A DNA stretch of 63,547 nt, the filler included, from Octopus bimaculoides (Eukaryota): the NCBI RefSeq assembly GCF_001194135.2. It is 5 parts of 5 records of this genome, joined end to end, with 100 filler letters (N's around TTAATTAATTAA, not from the genome) between each part and the next. Parts side by side here need not be neighbours in the genome. Positions count along the whole stretch, not along the records: positions 45,635 to 59,820 come from NC_068981.1; positions 59,921 to 61,800 come from NW_026301746.1; 3 more parts are not named here. One strand, 5' to 3'. The notes under the pieces are model-generated. The model had not been told where the DNA came from. It ran no database searches and saw nothing but the letters and a program-made list of their open reading frames with translations. Shown piece by piece: positions 46,760 to 60,191 of the stretch; within the stretch, counting starts at the first letter, position 1, and every line of letters starts with the position of its first letter. The translations under genes and the position numbers were made by a program.

Positions 46760-47230
46760 AGACTTATAATAGTGTTCTCTTTTTAGTTAGCATTTAGTAA
46801 ATAAGGGAATTTGAAGGTGCTGTCCTCAGTTGTGCTTCTAGCAGCGAAGTAGGCACTTCTGGAATTGTAGATTGTAGAAGGTTCATTTGGTGTTTGAAAA
46901 CATCTACATTCTCATCATGTAGGCCTCTTAAATCTTTCGGTATGGTATGAAAGCTTTTTCGGTAGGATCTGCAAGCTTTTGAACCTTGAGTTGTTACTGT
47001 ATTTGTCCCTAAATCTAGATAGTGAAAACTAGATTTTGGAAGGTTGAGAAGGAAGTAACGGTGGGACAGTGTGTCAATGTTTGTAGTTTGTTGGTCAGTG
47101 AATGAATGCAATCTATTTGCATTGAGGCTGTAGAAAAAATAGACTTGTTTTCTTTGCGTAGTGAAGGCATCTAGGCAAAAGGATAAGGCCTTAAACAGAT
47201 CTGTGTCGGTTTATATATAGTATAGATAAC
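46760..47230 (-). mobile_element. 3' end of an APE-type LINE (CR1/Jockey-group-like), decayed
   Basis: KSFHTIPKDLRGLHDENVDVFKHQMNLLQSTIPEVPTSLLEAQLRTAPSNSLIY* resembles the lFN.lP..lR...FK..LD.fl..iPD.P...SNSL C-terminal pattern. Followed on this strand by (TAG)n at 46668-46732. Confidence 0.55.
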
Positions 47231-49319
47231 TTTAAGATGTTTAAAAGCTATTTCGCTTTATTGTTTACTAGCCCCTTCTCGTTTACTCGAGGCACTAAAC
47301 TATTTTAAAATGTAGGATTAGGGAAGAAATGCAATTCTCTATGCTAGAAGGAAGGGAATACGTTTTCTTTTTATACATTTTCTCTTCTTTTTGTTTTTGT
47401 TCGCTATTCTGCAGTAGAAGTTGATCTCATGCATATTCTTAGTAATTCTGTTTACTTTGTTGAATATATAGGAAAGTATATTTCTTCTGGAATATTCATT
47501 TTTAGATTCTATGTTCTTTTTGTCAGGTTCGTTGCCCTCATATTAAATTAAAATTAACGCGCTATTTCAGTAACACGAAAATTACACAAGGCTAAGTGCA
47601 AGATAAATTTCTTTTATTTAATAATGTATACACCATTTTGAAAGTTACTAAAAATGGTATTTGACTTAATATTGTTTATCGTCGTTAAATAAATTTACAC
47701 ATGTAATATTGTATTCAAATATTGAGTAAGGTAATTTTCACTTTTCTTTCTATCCTAAGATATCTAATGAATTTGATACTGTCTGCAATCATAAGCTAAA
47801 TAAAACTAAAACGTTGTAAACCTCGTTAAGAGTTAAACTTTCAATGAAATTTTGTTGTGTGCAGATGTTTGCGAATGTTATTTTCAGGTTTATGCTTTGC
47901 GACAGCGGATACCTAAAATAAAATAAAACTGAATTGATTTTTCATTTAACCTTCTATGCCAAAAAATGAAATGGAAAGAAAAACTTCGAAGCAAGTGTAA
48001 ACATAGTCATACGATAAACAAAATGATGTGAATCAGTTGCATATAGTGTAGCTGAATATTCCAAAGTCGTTATTCTACAACATCAAAATTACTGAATACT
48101 TCCATCGAACTCTCCTTCCAAACGTTCCTTATTAATTTGCAACATATTTTAATAAGCATGAAATGGTAAAATGTTTGTACGATTAATCAAATCCACGCCA
48201 ATGCAAAGATATATGAAAAAGCGATTAACTCTGGTGAGAAGCTAATACATATACCAAAGGATTTTAAAATCCCTTTTACGCCTGATTAACTCCTTTCCTG
48301 TATTCCAAAGCTTGTGAAAATTAGCTGTTTATCTGAAAGGCATATTATATACGTCTTTCATGTCCGTTGTGTGAAAACAAATTAGCCGTAAAAGTATTTT
48401 TTTACATCTCTGCTTTAGAGAAAGTTTTTTACTCTCGCTTTTTATGACTCGTTCCGCGTTTATCAGCCTTCGAACCATTCATTACAACCCCAAAAGTAAC
48501 TAACGAGACAGCTATATTTGTTTTTCGGGCTTGATTTAAGCTCTAGTTTGAGATTCTTTGCTAGTTCTTTGTAGTATCGATTTCTACTATTTGCGAAGTA
48601 TGCACATCTGTACGCAAAAAGATATTTAACACTGCTTTATTTGATCAGAAAAAGGCACTAGTTAAAAGTTATTCTTGTTATAAATAAGCATTTTGTTCTT
48701 TTTGAATTCTTTTTCGCAAAGCTTCTTTCGTGGTATTTGACTGCCAGAACTGGCTTCTTGCACACCCTCTTTATCGAAACTTATTCGTTTCCACTCGTGA
48801 CATCTACCTTCACACCTTCGTAGGCCTTACACTGACAATTTTAAATATTTGTTCTTCCTAGCCGCTCAGACATCCGGAATTTCATACTTCTCTCAATTAT
48901 TTTCCGCGCGTGTATATTAAAATCGAATATCAACAACCACATCGTTTTAATGTCATCACGGCTGCACAATCTCTTAACTAAAACATGAAGCTAATCATTA
49001 AAAGAAGAATATAATTTCCTTCAAAATCACTTGTTAAATTGTAATGCTGATAAATCTATTGTCCCATCAATCATAACTTTACCATTACCTCACTCTGTAC
49101 AAGCAAGCACAAACCAGATCATGAGTAATTATTGAAAACTCAAATCATCAGCTAACATGATAATATCTTTTACTAACATAGTGTCATGGAAATAGATTTC
49201 TAAATGTAATAAATACATTCACCGAACATATACAGATTGCATAAAAGATGAATATTTCATCGTGGATATATACTGTAGATACTAACATGGTATTGCTCCG
49301 TGTACTGACGTTAACTTAA

Positions 49320-49797
49320 ATTAAGGCGGTTGTGACTGTGGTAAGCAAGTTCGCTGTGGAGTCACGTAGTATCAAGTTCAGCTCCTGTGTGCGCCACTTT
49401 GTGTGTCTTTGGCCTGAGTCAAAATCTGCTTGTCAAAGAGAGAAAGTGTGTTGAAAACCGCCATAGACACACACATATACATGAACACGTATGTTCACAC
49501 ACATATCTATATATGTATATATAAGTACGTATGCGTACCAAAGCTTTCTTGTGCTTGTGCGAAAGCTTTATGCCTGTGTTAGTCACTTATCGGTTGGCAA
49601 CCGATGTATCCTTGGTGATTTCGTAAATTAGTGGTTTGACAGAAAGGTCCCATAGAATACATACCACACTTAAGATAAACAGAGGAGATCAGTTTCATCG
49701 ACTATGGTCTATATCACTGCACATCAGTATGGACATTTGTAAAATATATATGTGCGTGTGTTTGTCTTTGCGTATGTATGCATACATATATACGAAT

Positions 49798-49849
<52 letters not shown>

Positions 49850-50180
49850 ATATGCAAGCTTAGCTGTGATGTAACAAGCTTGCTTCCCAACCACGTATTC
49901 CGGGAAACTGAAACGATGTCCATCGTCTCTCCTGTTTCTATTTCTCTCTCTCCCTCTCTTTCTCTCCCGCTCTCTATCTATATATCTGTATATATCTGTG
50001 AGTCTTTGTGTTCTTCTTCCCAGCACAGCTTGACGACCAATGTTGGTCTGTTTACGTCCCCAGAACCGAGCGGTTCGGCCAAAAATAGTTCGATAGAATA
50101 AGTTCCAAGATGAATAAAAATAAGTACTGGAGGCGATGTATTCGACTAAATTCTTCAAGAAAGTTCCAGAGCATGACGGT
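49320..50180 (+). mobile_element. Two or three diverged SINE family B copies in tandem
   Basis: Recognisable heads at ~49325 and ~49860, and tails at ~49620-49710 and ~50060-50180. Confidence 0.65.
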
Positions 50181-51294
50181 AGTCCAGTGAAAGATTTATA
50201 CATTTTCATTCTGTGATGTATGTTCATTTAGGACATTACATTGTAGATGTCTCAAGTCATAGTGGAGTATAATTTTTATTTTTTTGAAGATAGGAAGCAG
50301 TGCCCATGACGCTTTGCAGGGCCTCCAAGACCTCTAAGGTTGTTACATCACACAAAGGTGGAGTTATTCTCCCTCTTGACAGCTGGCCTAAATGCTAGTT
50401 CCAGAGTTGGATCCGATATGTGGTCATGACTGGACTCGCAATCTGAACAGAAAACAGAACGAAACCACAATGAGTCTAGTCTGATATATTTACAGTTCTG
50501 CCAATTCACCATTCCCCTTTTTATTTACACCAAAAAGGATGAATATCAAAGTTGAGCTCGGTCTCTTTGAACTCAGAGCGCATAGAATCCGAAAAAATAC
50601 TACGGGTTGAGTCATTGAACTCTCACACTTTAACAAATCTGCCAATTTATCATTTTGACTTCCCTACATGCAAATGCATTATGATACTTAGCAGAGCATT
50701 GAGAAACTGTTGTCCTTTTAAGCCCTTGCATTGCAGAGTCTGATCCTGATCCTAGACGATGTGAATGTGTGTGTTTTGGCATCCTGTAGTATTCCCCACA
50801 TTAGGGATTTGAATAAATTTCTACCTCATCGTTTAGTGATAGTCATTTCAGTTTCTCTTCTGTATCTATGTATTACGGTATATATTTTCTTTCTTCGCTC
50901 CAGGAAATAGACATAAAGCTTTCAACCTCCACACACCTGTCCCGCTGATCACTCCAGCAATCCCTACCCTTGTTGTGTCCCTGCCTAGGTCACAAGCACT
51001 CAGGAATCTTCTCGTAGCTTATGTTCTTCTTACAGGTGTTCCCCTATGACAATTTAAACGGAATGTTAAGCTATGGAGCTCAGCTGTCTCGAACAGCCTG
51101 CAAACATCATTTGTAGTGTCTTTTTCTGAAGACTTAGCCAATAAAGCAAGAACCTTATTCTCTTAATCCAGTTACCAATATACAGATCCACATTGCATTT
51201 CTTTGAGATCCACTGTCAGTTTGACTCGATATGGAACAATAGTTAAGATCATTAATATGGGAAAATGTAAATATTAATATACATACACACACAC

Positions 51295-51337
<43 letters not shown>

Positions 51338-53884
51338 NNNNNNNNNNNNNNNNNNNNNNNNNNNNNNNNNNNNNNNNNNNNNNNNNNNNNNNNNNNNNNN
51401 NNNNNNNNNNNNNNNNNNNNNNNNNNNNNNNNNNNNNNNNNNNNNNNNNNNNNNNNNNNNNNNNNNNNNNNNNNNNNNNNNNNNNNNNNNNNNNNNNNNN
51501 NNNNNNNNNNNNNNNNNNNNNNNNNNNNNNNNNNNNNNNNNNNNNNNNNNNNNNNNNNNNNNNNNNNNNNNNNNNNNNNNNNNNNNNNNNNNNNNNNNNN
51601 NNNNNNNNNNNNNNNNNNNNNNNNNNNNNNNNNNNNNNNNNNNNNNNNNNNNNNNNNNNNNNNNNNNNNNNNNNNNNNNNNNNNNNNNNNNNNNNNNNNN
51701 NNNNNNNNNNNNNNNNNNNNNNNNNNNNNNNNNNNNNNNNNNNNNNNNNNNNNNNNNNNNNNNNNNNNNNNNNNNNNNNNNNNNNNNNNNNNNNNNNNNN
51801 NNNNNNNNNNNNNNNNNNNNNNNNNNNNNNNNNNNNNNNNNNNNNNNNNNNNNNNNNNNNNNNNNNNNNNNNNNNNNNNNNNNNNNNNNNNNNNNNNNNN
51901 NNNNNNNNNNNNNNNNNNNNNNNNNNNNNNNNNNNNNNNNNNNNNNNNNNNNNNNNNNNNNNNNNNNNNNNNNNNNNNNNNNNNNNNNNNNNNNNNNNNN
52001 NNNNNNNNNNNNNNNNNNNNNNNNNNNNNNNNNNNNNNNNNNNNNNNNNNNNNNNNNNNNNNNNNNNNNNNNNNNNNNNNNNNNNNNNNNNNNNTATATA
52101 TATATATATATATATATGATATATATATTTACGTGTGCAGATAAATCGCTTTCGTATCCTGGAACTTATAGAAATGATTGCCAGTTACTGACGTGTATTT
52201 AATAGATTAGATTCCAGTTCTATATCGTAACTTTTAGAAGTTACAATATAGTTTTAGAAATCAATTTTAATGACACGGTGTGTATATCAATATCGGTCGA
52301 ACTGTCAGTCTCATGCTATGTTCAGAATGTAATCGGAAAATGTAAAGTATAAAACAATGACATCCGTAGAGTTTGATTACGAGATTATTCTATAGTCAGT
52401 TGTCGTCAATACCAAGTTGCTAGTTAGTCAAACAAAGGACCTTTATATAAATAGTGACCCATTTACAATGCACAATGTGTTTGTCAGGTACAGATCAAAT
52501 TGAAAATTAAAGTCGATAGCTTTATCAGTAACAGAAGTTGCTTGAACTCTACCCACAAATAAATTTCAATGAAATTCATTAGTATCACTGGGTGTCCTAG
52601 TAAAATATCAATGAGCACTATTAGACATACAATGTCAACTATTACAATACTTTCAGTATATCTTCCGTATCGTCAGCAGGTATCTCAGGGTCACAAGCGT
52701 TACTCCACCGCCTATGTATATGAGGTCACAAATTTAATAAATTTCTTTCACTTACGGTAGAAAATATTTATTTTCTTTTTTATATTCACAATTTTGCAGA
52801 GATATAGAAGTGGTAAATTGATTTTCTGAAGAAAACTATGTACAACTGATAAACTGAAATAACTAACATCAAATTGGGCGTGACACATACAACTGAAAAT
52901 GATGTGGCATCTGTACTCATGTTCTACGTAAATACAGCCAGACATGTATAGATGTGGGGTTGAGTGTGTCACGTAATCGCGACTAGCTGGATGATTGATA
53001 AATTTGTTATGATATTAGACAGTTCGAATTGAGGTCTCCAGTAATTGGTAACGTGATAAATCCATTCAACTTAGTTTCAATCTCTCGAGATTTTCTATTG
53101 AAGCCTCTAGATACGCTAATATTTCTAAATAAATTAATTACCGTAATATATTAATCTACTCAGTGCTCCGAGCGCCAGCACAATTCCAAGCAGACTGCTT
53201 TTCATAGCTCCATAGCGATTGTCAATGCAATGCAGAATGAGATCTTGAAACCATGTATTAACATTCTAGTCAAAACATACAAAATAAAATAATTACATAG
53301 TTTTCTATAAAGATTCGGCATCCTATCTAGCAGAAAATTTACTTATCACATTCTTAACCGGATAATATGTGCATTTACATACGCTAGAGGGGAATTGTTC
53401 CGTACATGTTATTTAAATAATTGATCGTGCACTTTTCGAGTGAAGCAACGTAAGCTTAGTATATTTAATATAGTTGAGGGCAAACATCGTTTCTATAGAC
53501 GCGAACTAAGTCTAATACCCGATCTTTTATCTATTCAGCAATTGTGTTATTTTTGTTATTTACTATAATTCTAGCTAAATCCAAATTACATGTACGGTAG
53601 GAGCAAATAAAGTAATTGATCTGGATAAATACTAATATTAAAGTATAATCTGCATAGGAGCGCTTGTCTACAATCATACAAATTACATTGCTGAAAAGTC
53701 TCATTTCCTCACCCAGCTTCGAAATAACAAATTATACGAACTGTATAGGTGGTGTAATAATTACATTAGACAATAGGAACGAATAAAGAACCCCAAACAT
53801 GTCCGACCAGTATAATTTAATACCCGAGTCGTTGAAGACAATGATGCTTTACCTTGCATTTTACGTTAAGGAAATCCTTGCTGC

Positions 53885-53932
53885 TACTGTTGCTGCTGCT
53901 GTTGTTGTTGTTGTTGTCGTTGTTGTTGTTGT

Positions 53933-53964
<32 letters not shown>

Positions 53965-53974
53965 TTCTTCTTCT

Positions 53975-54060
<86 letters not shown>

Positions 54061-55165
54061 TTCTTCTTCTCCTTCNNNNNNNNNNNNNNNNNNNNNNNNN
54101 NNNNNNNNNNNNNNNNNNNNNNNNNNNNNNNNNNNNNNNNNNNNNNNNNNNNNNNNNNNNNNNNNNNNNNNNNNNNNNNNNNNNNNNNNNNNNNNNNNNN
54201 NNNNNNNNNNNNNNNNNNNNNNNNNNNNNNNNNNNNNNNNNNNNNNNNNNNNNNNNNNNNNNNNNNNNNNNNNNNNNNNNNNNNNNNNNNNNNNNNNNNN
54301 NNNNNNNNNNNNNNNNNNNNNNNNNNNNNNNNNNNNNNNNNNNNNNNNNNNNNNNNNNNNNNNNNNNNNNNNNNNNNNNNNNNNNNNNNNNNNNNNNNNN
54401 NNNNNNNNNNNNNNNNNNNNNNNNNNNNNNNNNNNNNNNNNNNNNNNNNNNNNNNNNNNNNNNNNNNNNNNNNNNNNNNNNNNNNNNNNNNNNNNNNNNN
54501 NNNNNNNNNNNNNNNNNNNNNNNNNNNNNNNNNNNNNNNNNNNNNNNNNNNNNNNNNNNNNNNNNNNNNNNNNNNNNNNNNNNNNNNNNNNNNNNNNNNN
54601 NNNNNNNNNNNNNNNNNNNNNNNNNNNNNNNNNNNNNNNNNNNNNNNNNNNNNNNNNNNNNNNNNNNNNNNNNNNNNNNNNNNNNNNNNNNNNNNNNNNN
54701 NNNNNNNNNNNNNNNNNNNNNNNNNNNNNNNNNNNNNNNNNNNNNNNNNNNNNNNNNNNNNNNNNNNNNNNNNNNNNNNNNNNNNNNNNNNNNNNNNNNN
54801 NNNNNNNNNNNNNNNNNNNNNNNNNNNNNNNNNNNNNNNNNNNNNNNNNNNNNNNNNNNNNNNNNNNNNNNNNNNNNNNNNNNNNNNNNNNNNNNNNNNN
54901 NNNNNNNNNNNNNNNNNNNNNNNNNNNNNNNNNNNNNNNNNNNNNNNNNNNNNNNNNNNNNNNNNNNNNNNNNNNNNNNNNNNNNNNNNNNNNNNNNNNN
55001 NNNNNNNNNNNNNNNNNNNNNNNNNNNNNNNNTTCTTCTTCTTCTTCTTCTTCTTCTTCTTCTTCTTCTTCCCAACCCCCTTCCTCGTCGTCATCGTCGT
55101 CGTCCTCCTCCTCCTCCTCCTCCTCCTACTACTAGTAGTACTGCAAAGTAGTAGTAGTAGTAGTA
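53885..55165. repeat. (GTT)n/(CTT)n microsatellite spanning a gap
   Basis: Direct reading. Confidence 0.92.
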
Positions 55166-55314
55166 GACAACCAACAACAAACTGGCTGAATTGCTCCAAT
55201 ACAATATAAAATTTAGTTATTATAACCTCGTGCGGTGACTTCATATTTATATCACTGCGAGAACCTCGAAAGTGTTTCTCAAATAGTGGACCCTGTAATA
55301 CTTCGGTAGACATA

Positions 55315-55538
55315 AAGGCAGCAAGCTGGCGGAATCTTTCGCACGCCGGGAGAAGTGCTTAGCGGTGTTTCATCCGTCTTTACATTCTGAGTTCAAATTC
55401 TGCCGAGAGTGACTTTGCACTTCATCCTTTCGGGTTCGATGAAATAAGTACTAGAGAAACACTGGGGCCGATGTAATCGACCAGTCATCTGCAAGATTTC
55501 AAAATTTCAAAATTTCAATTGTGCCTTTAGTAGAAAGG

Positions 55539-55610
<72 letters not shown>
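55315..55610 (+). mobile_element. SINE family A with long (ATT)n tail
   Basis: Full copy ending TAGAAAGG-(ATT)n. Confidence 0.92.
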
Positions 55611-56380
55611 GTTCAGTAGTTTTATTTTTATAACGTGCTTTCACTTCACTACCGAGCGCAGCTCTGTGTGCCTTGGCTATGTGCTGTGGTTTGCTGTGAT
55701 GCTATTATGGTTACTGTAATGAAAGTGTTTTGCGTAGACGTGTGCAGTGCCCAGTAGTGCAATTTTCGGTATGTTATATATATTTGTAAGTCCTGGTGTT
55801 TTTGTTATGTATTTGTCTGAATATTTTTTTATTATACATAAGGCGCCTACTATGATAGGAATTGTTTCTGTTTTTAGATTCCACATTCGAGTTACCTCTA
55901 TTTCCAGGTCTTTGTATTTTGATAGTTTCTCCATTTCTTTTAGGGAAACGTTGTCATCTGCTGGTATTGATACATCAATTAGAAAGCATTTTTTTTCCTT
56001 CATGATCTTTGACAACTATATCNNNNNNNNNNNNNNNNNNNNNNNNNNNNNNNNNNNNNNNNNNNNNNNNNNNNNNNNNNNNNNNNNNNNNNNNNNNNNN
56101 NNNNNNNNNNNNNNNNNNNNNNNNNNNNNNNNNNNNNNNNNNNNNNNNNNNNNNNNNNNNNNNNNNNNNNNNNNNNNNNNNNNNNNNNNNNNNNNNNNNN
56201 NNNNNTCTATTGGCCTTAATTTCTCTACCTGTGTGTATTGGCATATCCCAGAGTATGGTTACTTTCTCGTTTTCTGTGACCTTTTCTGGCGTGTGTTTAT
56301 ACCATCTTTTTTTCTGTTGTTATTCCATAGTGTTGGTATAGCTTCCAGTATATATAGGTCTCAGATCTGTCATGTCGTGA
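55611..56380 (-). mobile_element. R4/Dong-like LINE family 2, 5'-truncated (RLE domain and 3'UTR), flanked by (TAA)n on both sides
   Basis: RHD...YWKLYQHYGITTEKRWYKHTPEKVTENEKVTILWDMPIHT..EIKANR and KKCFLIDVSIPADDNVSLKEMEKLSKYKDLEIEVTRMWNLKTETIPIIVGAL. Confidence 0.93.
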
Positions 56381-56381
56381 G

Positions 56382-56499
<118 letters not shown>

Positions 56500-57270
56500 G
56501 CCTTTGCACAGCTTCTAACGCTGGAGATGTACTATAGTGTCAGTTGTTCACTACCACTGAACTAAGGTAACACCTCTTATTTTTCGAGCACCTTCCGAAG
56601 AAACTACTGCAAATATAGTGATCCGAAAAGTTTTTTTTCGAAAAAATGCATTTTTCAAGTGGAGGTGCAAAACTGCATTAGCCCCGCTGTTTGATATGAT
56701 GGCTGTCAACAGTTTACACATCAGTGGCAAACAAGATATTGGCCGGAAATTTCCAATCGCATTCCCTTTACTTGGGTCCTTCTGACAGAGTAGTGTTCGG
56801 CCTTTTGTCATCCAGGCCGGTACTTAGATGTCACTACTCAGTATTTTGTCCAGCTGTCTCGCAATCCTCCTGTGCAGAACTGTGAAGTTTTTAAGTGAAA
56901 GGCGCTGAACCCCATCTGGGACAGGCGCTTTCCAGTTAGGAATTTTCCTGCACTGATCTCTAATTATCCCCTCGGTTCTTCTCAATTACTCCTGCTGATA
57001 CTCTCCACTCTCCTGTCTGAGTGTCTTTAACCACTCTGCTTCAGTTTCGTATTGTTTCTCCTGAGACTATATATTTGACCAGAATCTTTTACTTTCTTCG
57101 GCATCTGGTACGGCTTTGTCACCTTTTTCTTTCCCATCCAGTTCCTGATAGACTAATTTCTGATTTTGTTCGAAAAGTCCATTTAATCTGTACTGCTCAA
57201 TTTTCTGTTCATATCTCTTTACTTTTATGTGCTTTAGCCTTCAACCTCTGTTATAATCTCTCAATCACAA
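56500..57270 (-). mobile_element. Internally deleted R4/Dong-like LINE (RT N-terminal part joined to ORF end and 3'UTR), flanked by (TAA)n
   Basis: [42 protein letters not shown] is followed within ~100 bp by LRKVLEK*, a short UTR and (TAA)n. Confidence 0.85.
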
Positions 57271-57285
57271 ATTATTATTATTACC

Positions 57286-57490
57286 AAGGCCGCAAGCTGG
57301 CAATATCGTTAGCGCTCCGGGAGAAATGCATAACGGTATTTCGTCCGTCTTTATATTCTGTATTGAAATTCTGCTGAGATCGACTTTGTCTTCTATCTTT
57401 TTCGGGTCGATAAAAAAAAAAAAAATAGCAAGTGAGTACTAGGTTCGATGCAATCGACTTACCTCTGCTTCTTGTGCCAAAAGTTCAAAT
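57286..57490 (+). mobile_element. SINE family A
   Basis: Direct similarity. Confidence 0.85.
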
Positions 57491-57516
57491 CAATATTCCA
57501 GTTGACATATCTATTT

Positions 57517-57816
57517 ATATTGTTATATTTCGGGGTGGTCATTGTTTTTCTTGTCAAATGAATACACGCAGTACGTGTTCGTTCTTCACTTGTTTATTTA
57601 TTGTTCTTATTTTATATCTATTGTCTGGAAATCTTTCGTCATGCACCTGCGACATCTTCCGCAACTGTCGATCCAATTTGCCTAGGAATGTGATGAAAGA
57701 TTTGCACACAACGGACATAAAATAAGAACAATAATTAGGAAGTGAAGAACGAATATCTAATGCGTACGTTTACTTGGCAAAATGAAAAGAATGACCGTCC
57801 CGAAATATAACAATAT
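57517..57816. repeat. Long imperfect inverted repeat (arms 57517-57642 and 57688-57816, ~45-bp spacer)
   Basis: Arms align end to end as reverse complements, e.g. ATATTGTTATATTTCGGG / CCCGAAATATAACAATAT, TTCGTTCTTCACTT / AAGTGAAGAACGAA, ATTGTTCTTATTTTAT / ATAAAATAAGAACAAT. Confidence 0.88.
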
Positions 57817-58307
57817 TTGTTTCAGCACACGATTTCACATCATCAAGAATCTTTCAAAACAGATACATAAGCGTAATAACTATTTAATTCCTCTACAAAA
57901 CCCAAGTAAGACCCATACTGAACAAATACTCAATGGGCAGCTAACGTCACAACTCTCATTATACCAATACTTCATCGATTGCATACACACACTGACCATC
58001 AAATCAAAAACACTGACACACTGGTCCACAGTTACTTCCTTCTCACCCATCGAAATTTGCAATCTTTATGTCGACCGTACACATAATCGACCGATGATTT
58101 TTTCTTTTCTGTATACTACTTGTCCATATTGTTCATCACTCCACGTTAAACGACCATTCCTGTGCAGACCTACAATAGATCAAAATAAATATCGACCGTG
58201 TCGATCTAAACAAGCTGTCATGAAAATAGAGCTATACATATACAGATAGTCTCAGACACACACACACACACACACACACACGCACGCACGCACACACACA
58301 CACACAC

Positions 58308-58340
<33 letters not shown>

Positions 58341-59105
58341 TCCATATACACGCGCAAGCACGCACACACGCACACATACACACACATACTGTAATATAAA
58401 TAAAAACAACAATACTTTCAATACATTTTTATGTATTATATTTGTCTTCGGGCAACATAAATTCCGCAAAATTTAAGTACTTACCGTCTCCAATTAGAAT
58501 TCAGTTAGTTTCAGCTAGAATTCAATTTCCTATATATTTCCCATATATTGGATGCTTAAAAGCTATGAGGTATATACATATAGACACACAAACATATATA
58601 TATATCATAAGTTTAAACGAAAATAAGTAAATATGTAAAGTTTGCATGTACACATTTATGTNNNNNNNNNNATATATATATATATATATAAATACATGCA
58701 CATATATATATATACATATATATATATATGTATGTATATTTTCATGTATGTTTACATATATGTGTGTATATATGCACACACACAAACACACACACACATA
58801 CACACACACACATATATAAACATAGACACAAACACATACACCTATACACATATACACAACTACATCAGTGTGCTTGTATTTGAGTGTGTGTATTTTTGCC
58901 GGTATTTATACACATATATAAATGTATACAAGTATATATGTTTCTTCGTATACATATATTTGCATACATACATGCACACACACACACACATACGCGCACA
59001 AACACATATGGATATTGATAAATATATAAACATACATACATGCATTTATATATATGTATACACACACACACACACACACATACACACACATATATNNNNN
59101 NNNNN

Positions 59106-59147
<42 letters not shown>

Positions 59148-59787
59148 AGATGTATGTATGAATGTATGTATGTATAATGAGAAGTAGGACATTGCCAGGA
59201 GAACGGTGGAATTTCTTAAAATATATAACTTTCATTTGGTAATAACAATTTAAGTGAGGTCTAACTCCAAAAAATTTATCGGCGTTATGAAGTAAAACTG
59301 AAATATAAAAACATGACAAGAATCAAATATAGTCTAGTTTCAAGTCTAACCATACAATTTTGGGCCTAGAGTATTGTGATATTGTATATATTTCATCGAT
59401 GTTTCGGAATTGTTCCAGATAAGATTACGAAAAACGTTATTTATTTGTATTTCTAGGTTTCATGATATAGGGAAGAATAACAAAGCGTTTAGATTTAAGT
59501 AAATAAATAATACTATGAAAATATCAGTCTCATATCTGAGTGATATTTAATACGATTAGAATATTATAGTCAAAGGTCATTGATTTATTGTACCATTCGA
59601 TTTCTTATCAAAAAATATTTAATCTCTTATTTAGCTTTGGTCACATTGTGATGCATGGTGGTATTAATAAATCGACCAAGTTGACTATTAGAAACTTTTG
59701 CTATACTCTGTCTTCTGCTTTCTAATCTTCATCATATATTCCTTAACAGATGTTGCGAAATAATATATTATAACATTATATACACAC

Positions 59788-59820
<33 letters not shown>

Positions 59821-60160
59821 NNNNNNNNNNNNNNNNNNNNNNNNNNNNNNNNNNNNNNNNNNNNTTAATTAATTAANNNNNNNNNNNNNNNNNNNNNNNN
59901 NNNNNNNNNNNNNNNNNNNNATATATATATATATATATATGTATATGTATATATATTATATTACATGAATGCATACATATAAAGAGATGCATGTGTATGT
60001 TAGTGTGCATATATGGAAATAACTGAACGAATATACGTAGAAAACTTCTGCCTTTCTTTCCATCTCATTCTTTCTCTTACACACCCTCTCTCTTACACAC
60101 ACACATACACTCTCTCTCTCACACACACACACTCTTTCACACGCATACTCTTTTACACAG

Positions 60161-60191
<31 letters not shown>

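Noticed and set aside
52800-52812. 13-nt microexon candidate (TTTTGCAG|AGATATAGAAGTG|GTAAAT); similar cases at ~2266, ~20550, ~23070 and ~27610
   Set aside because: Splice words of this quality are expected by chance in AT-rich DNA, and there is no supporting context.
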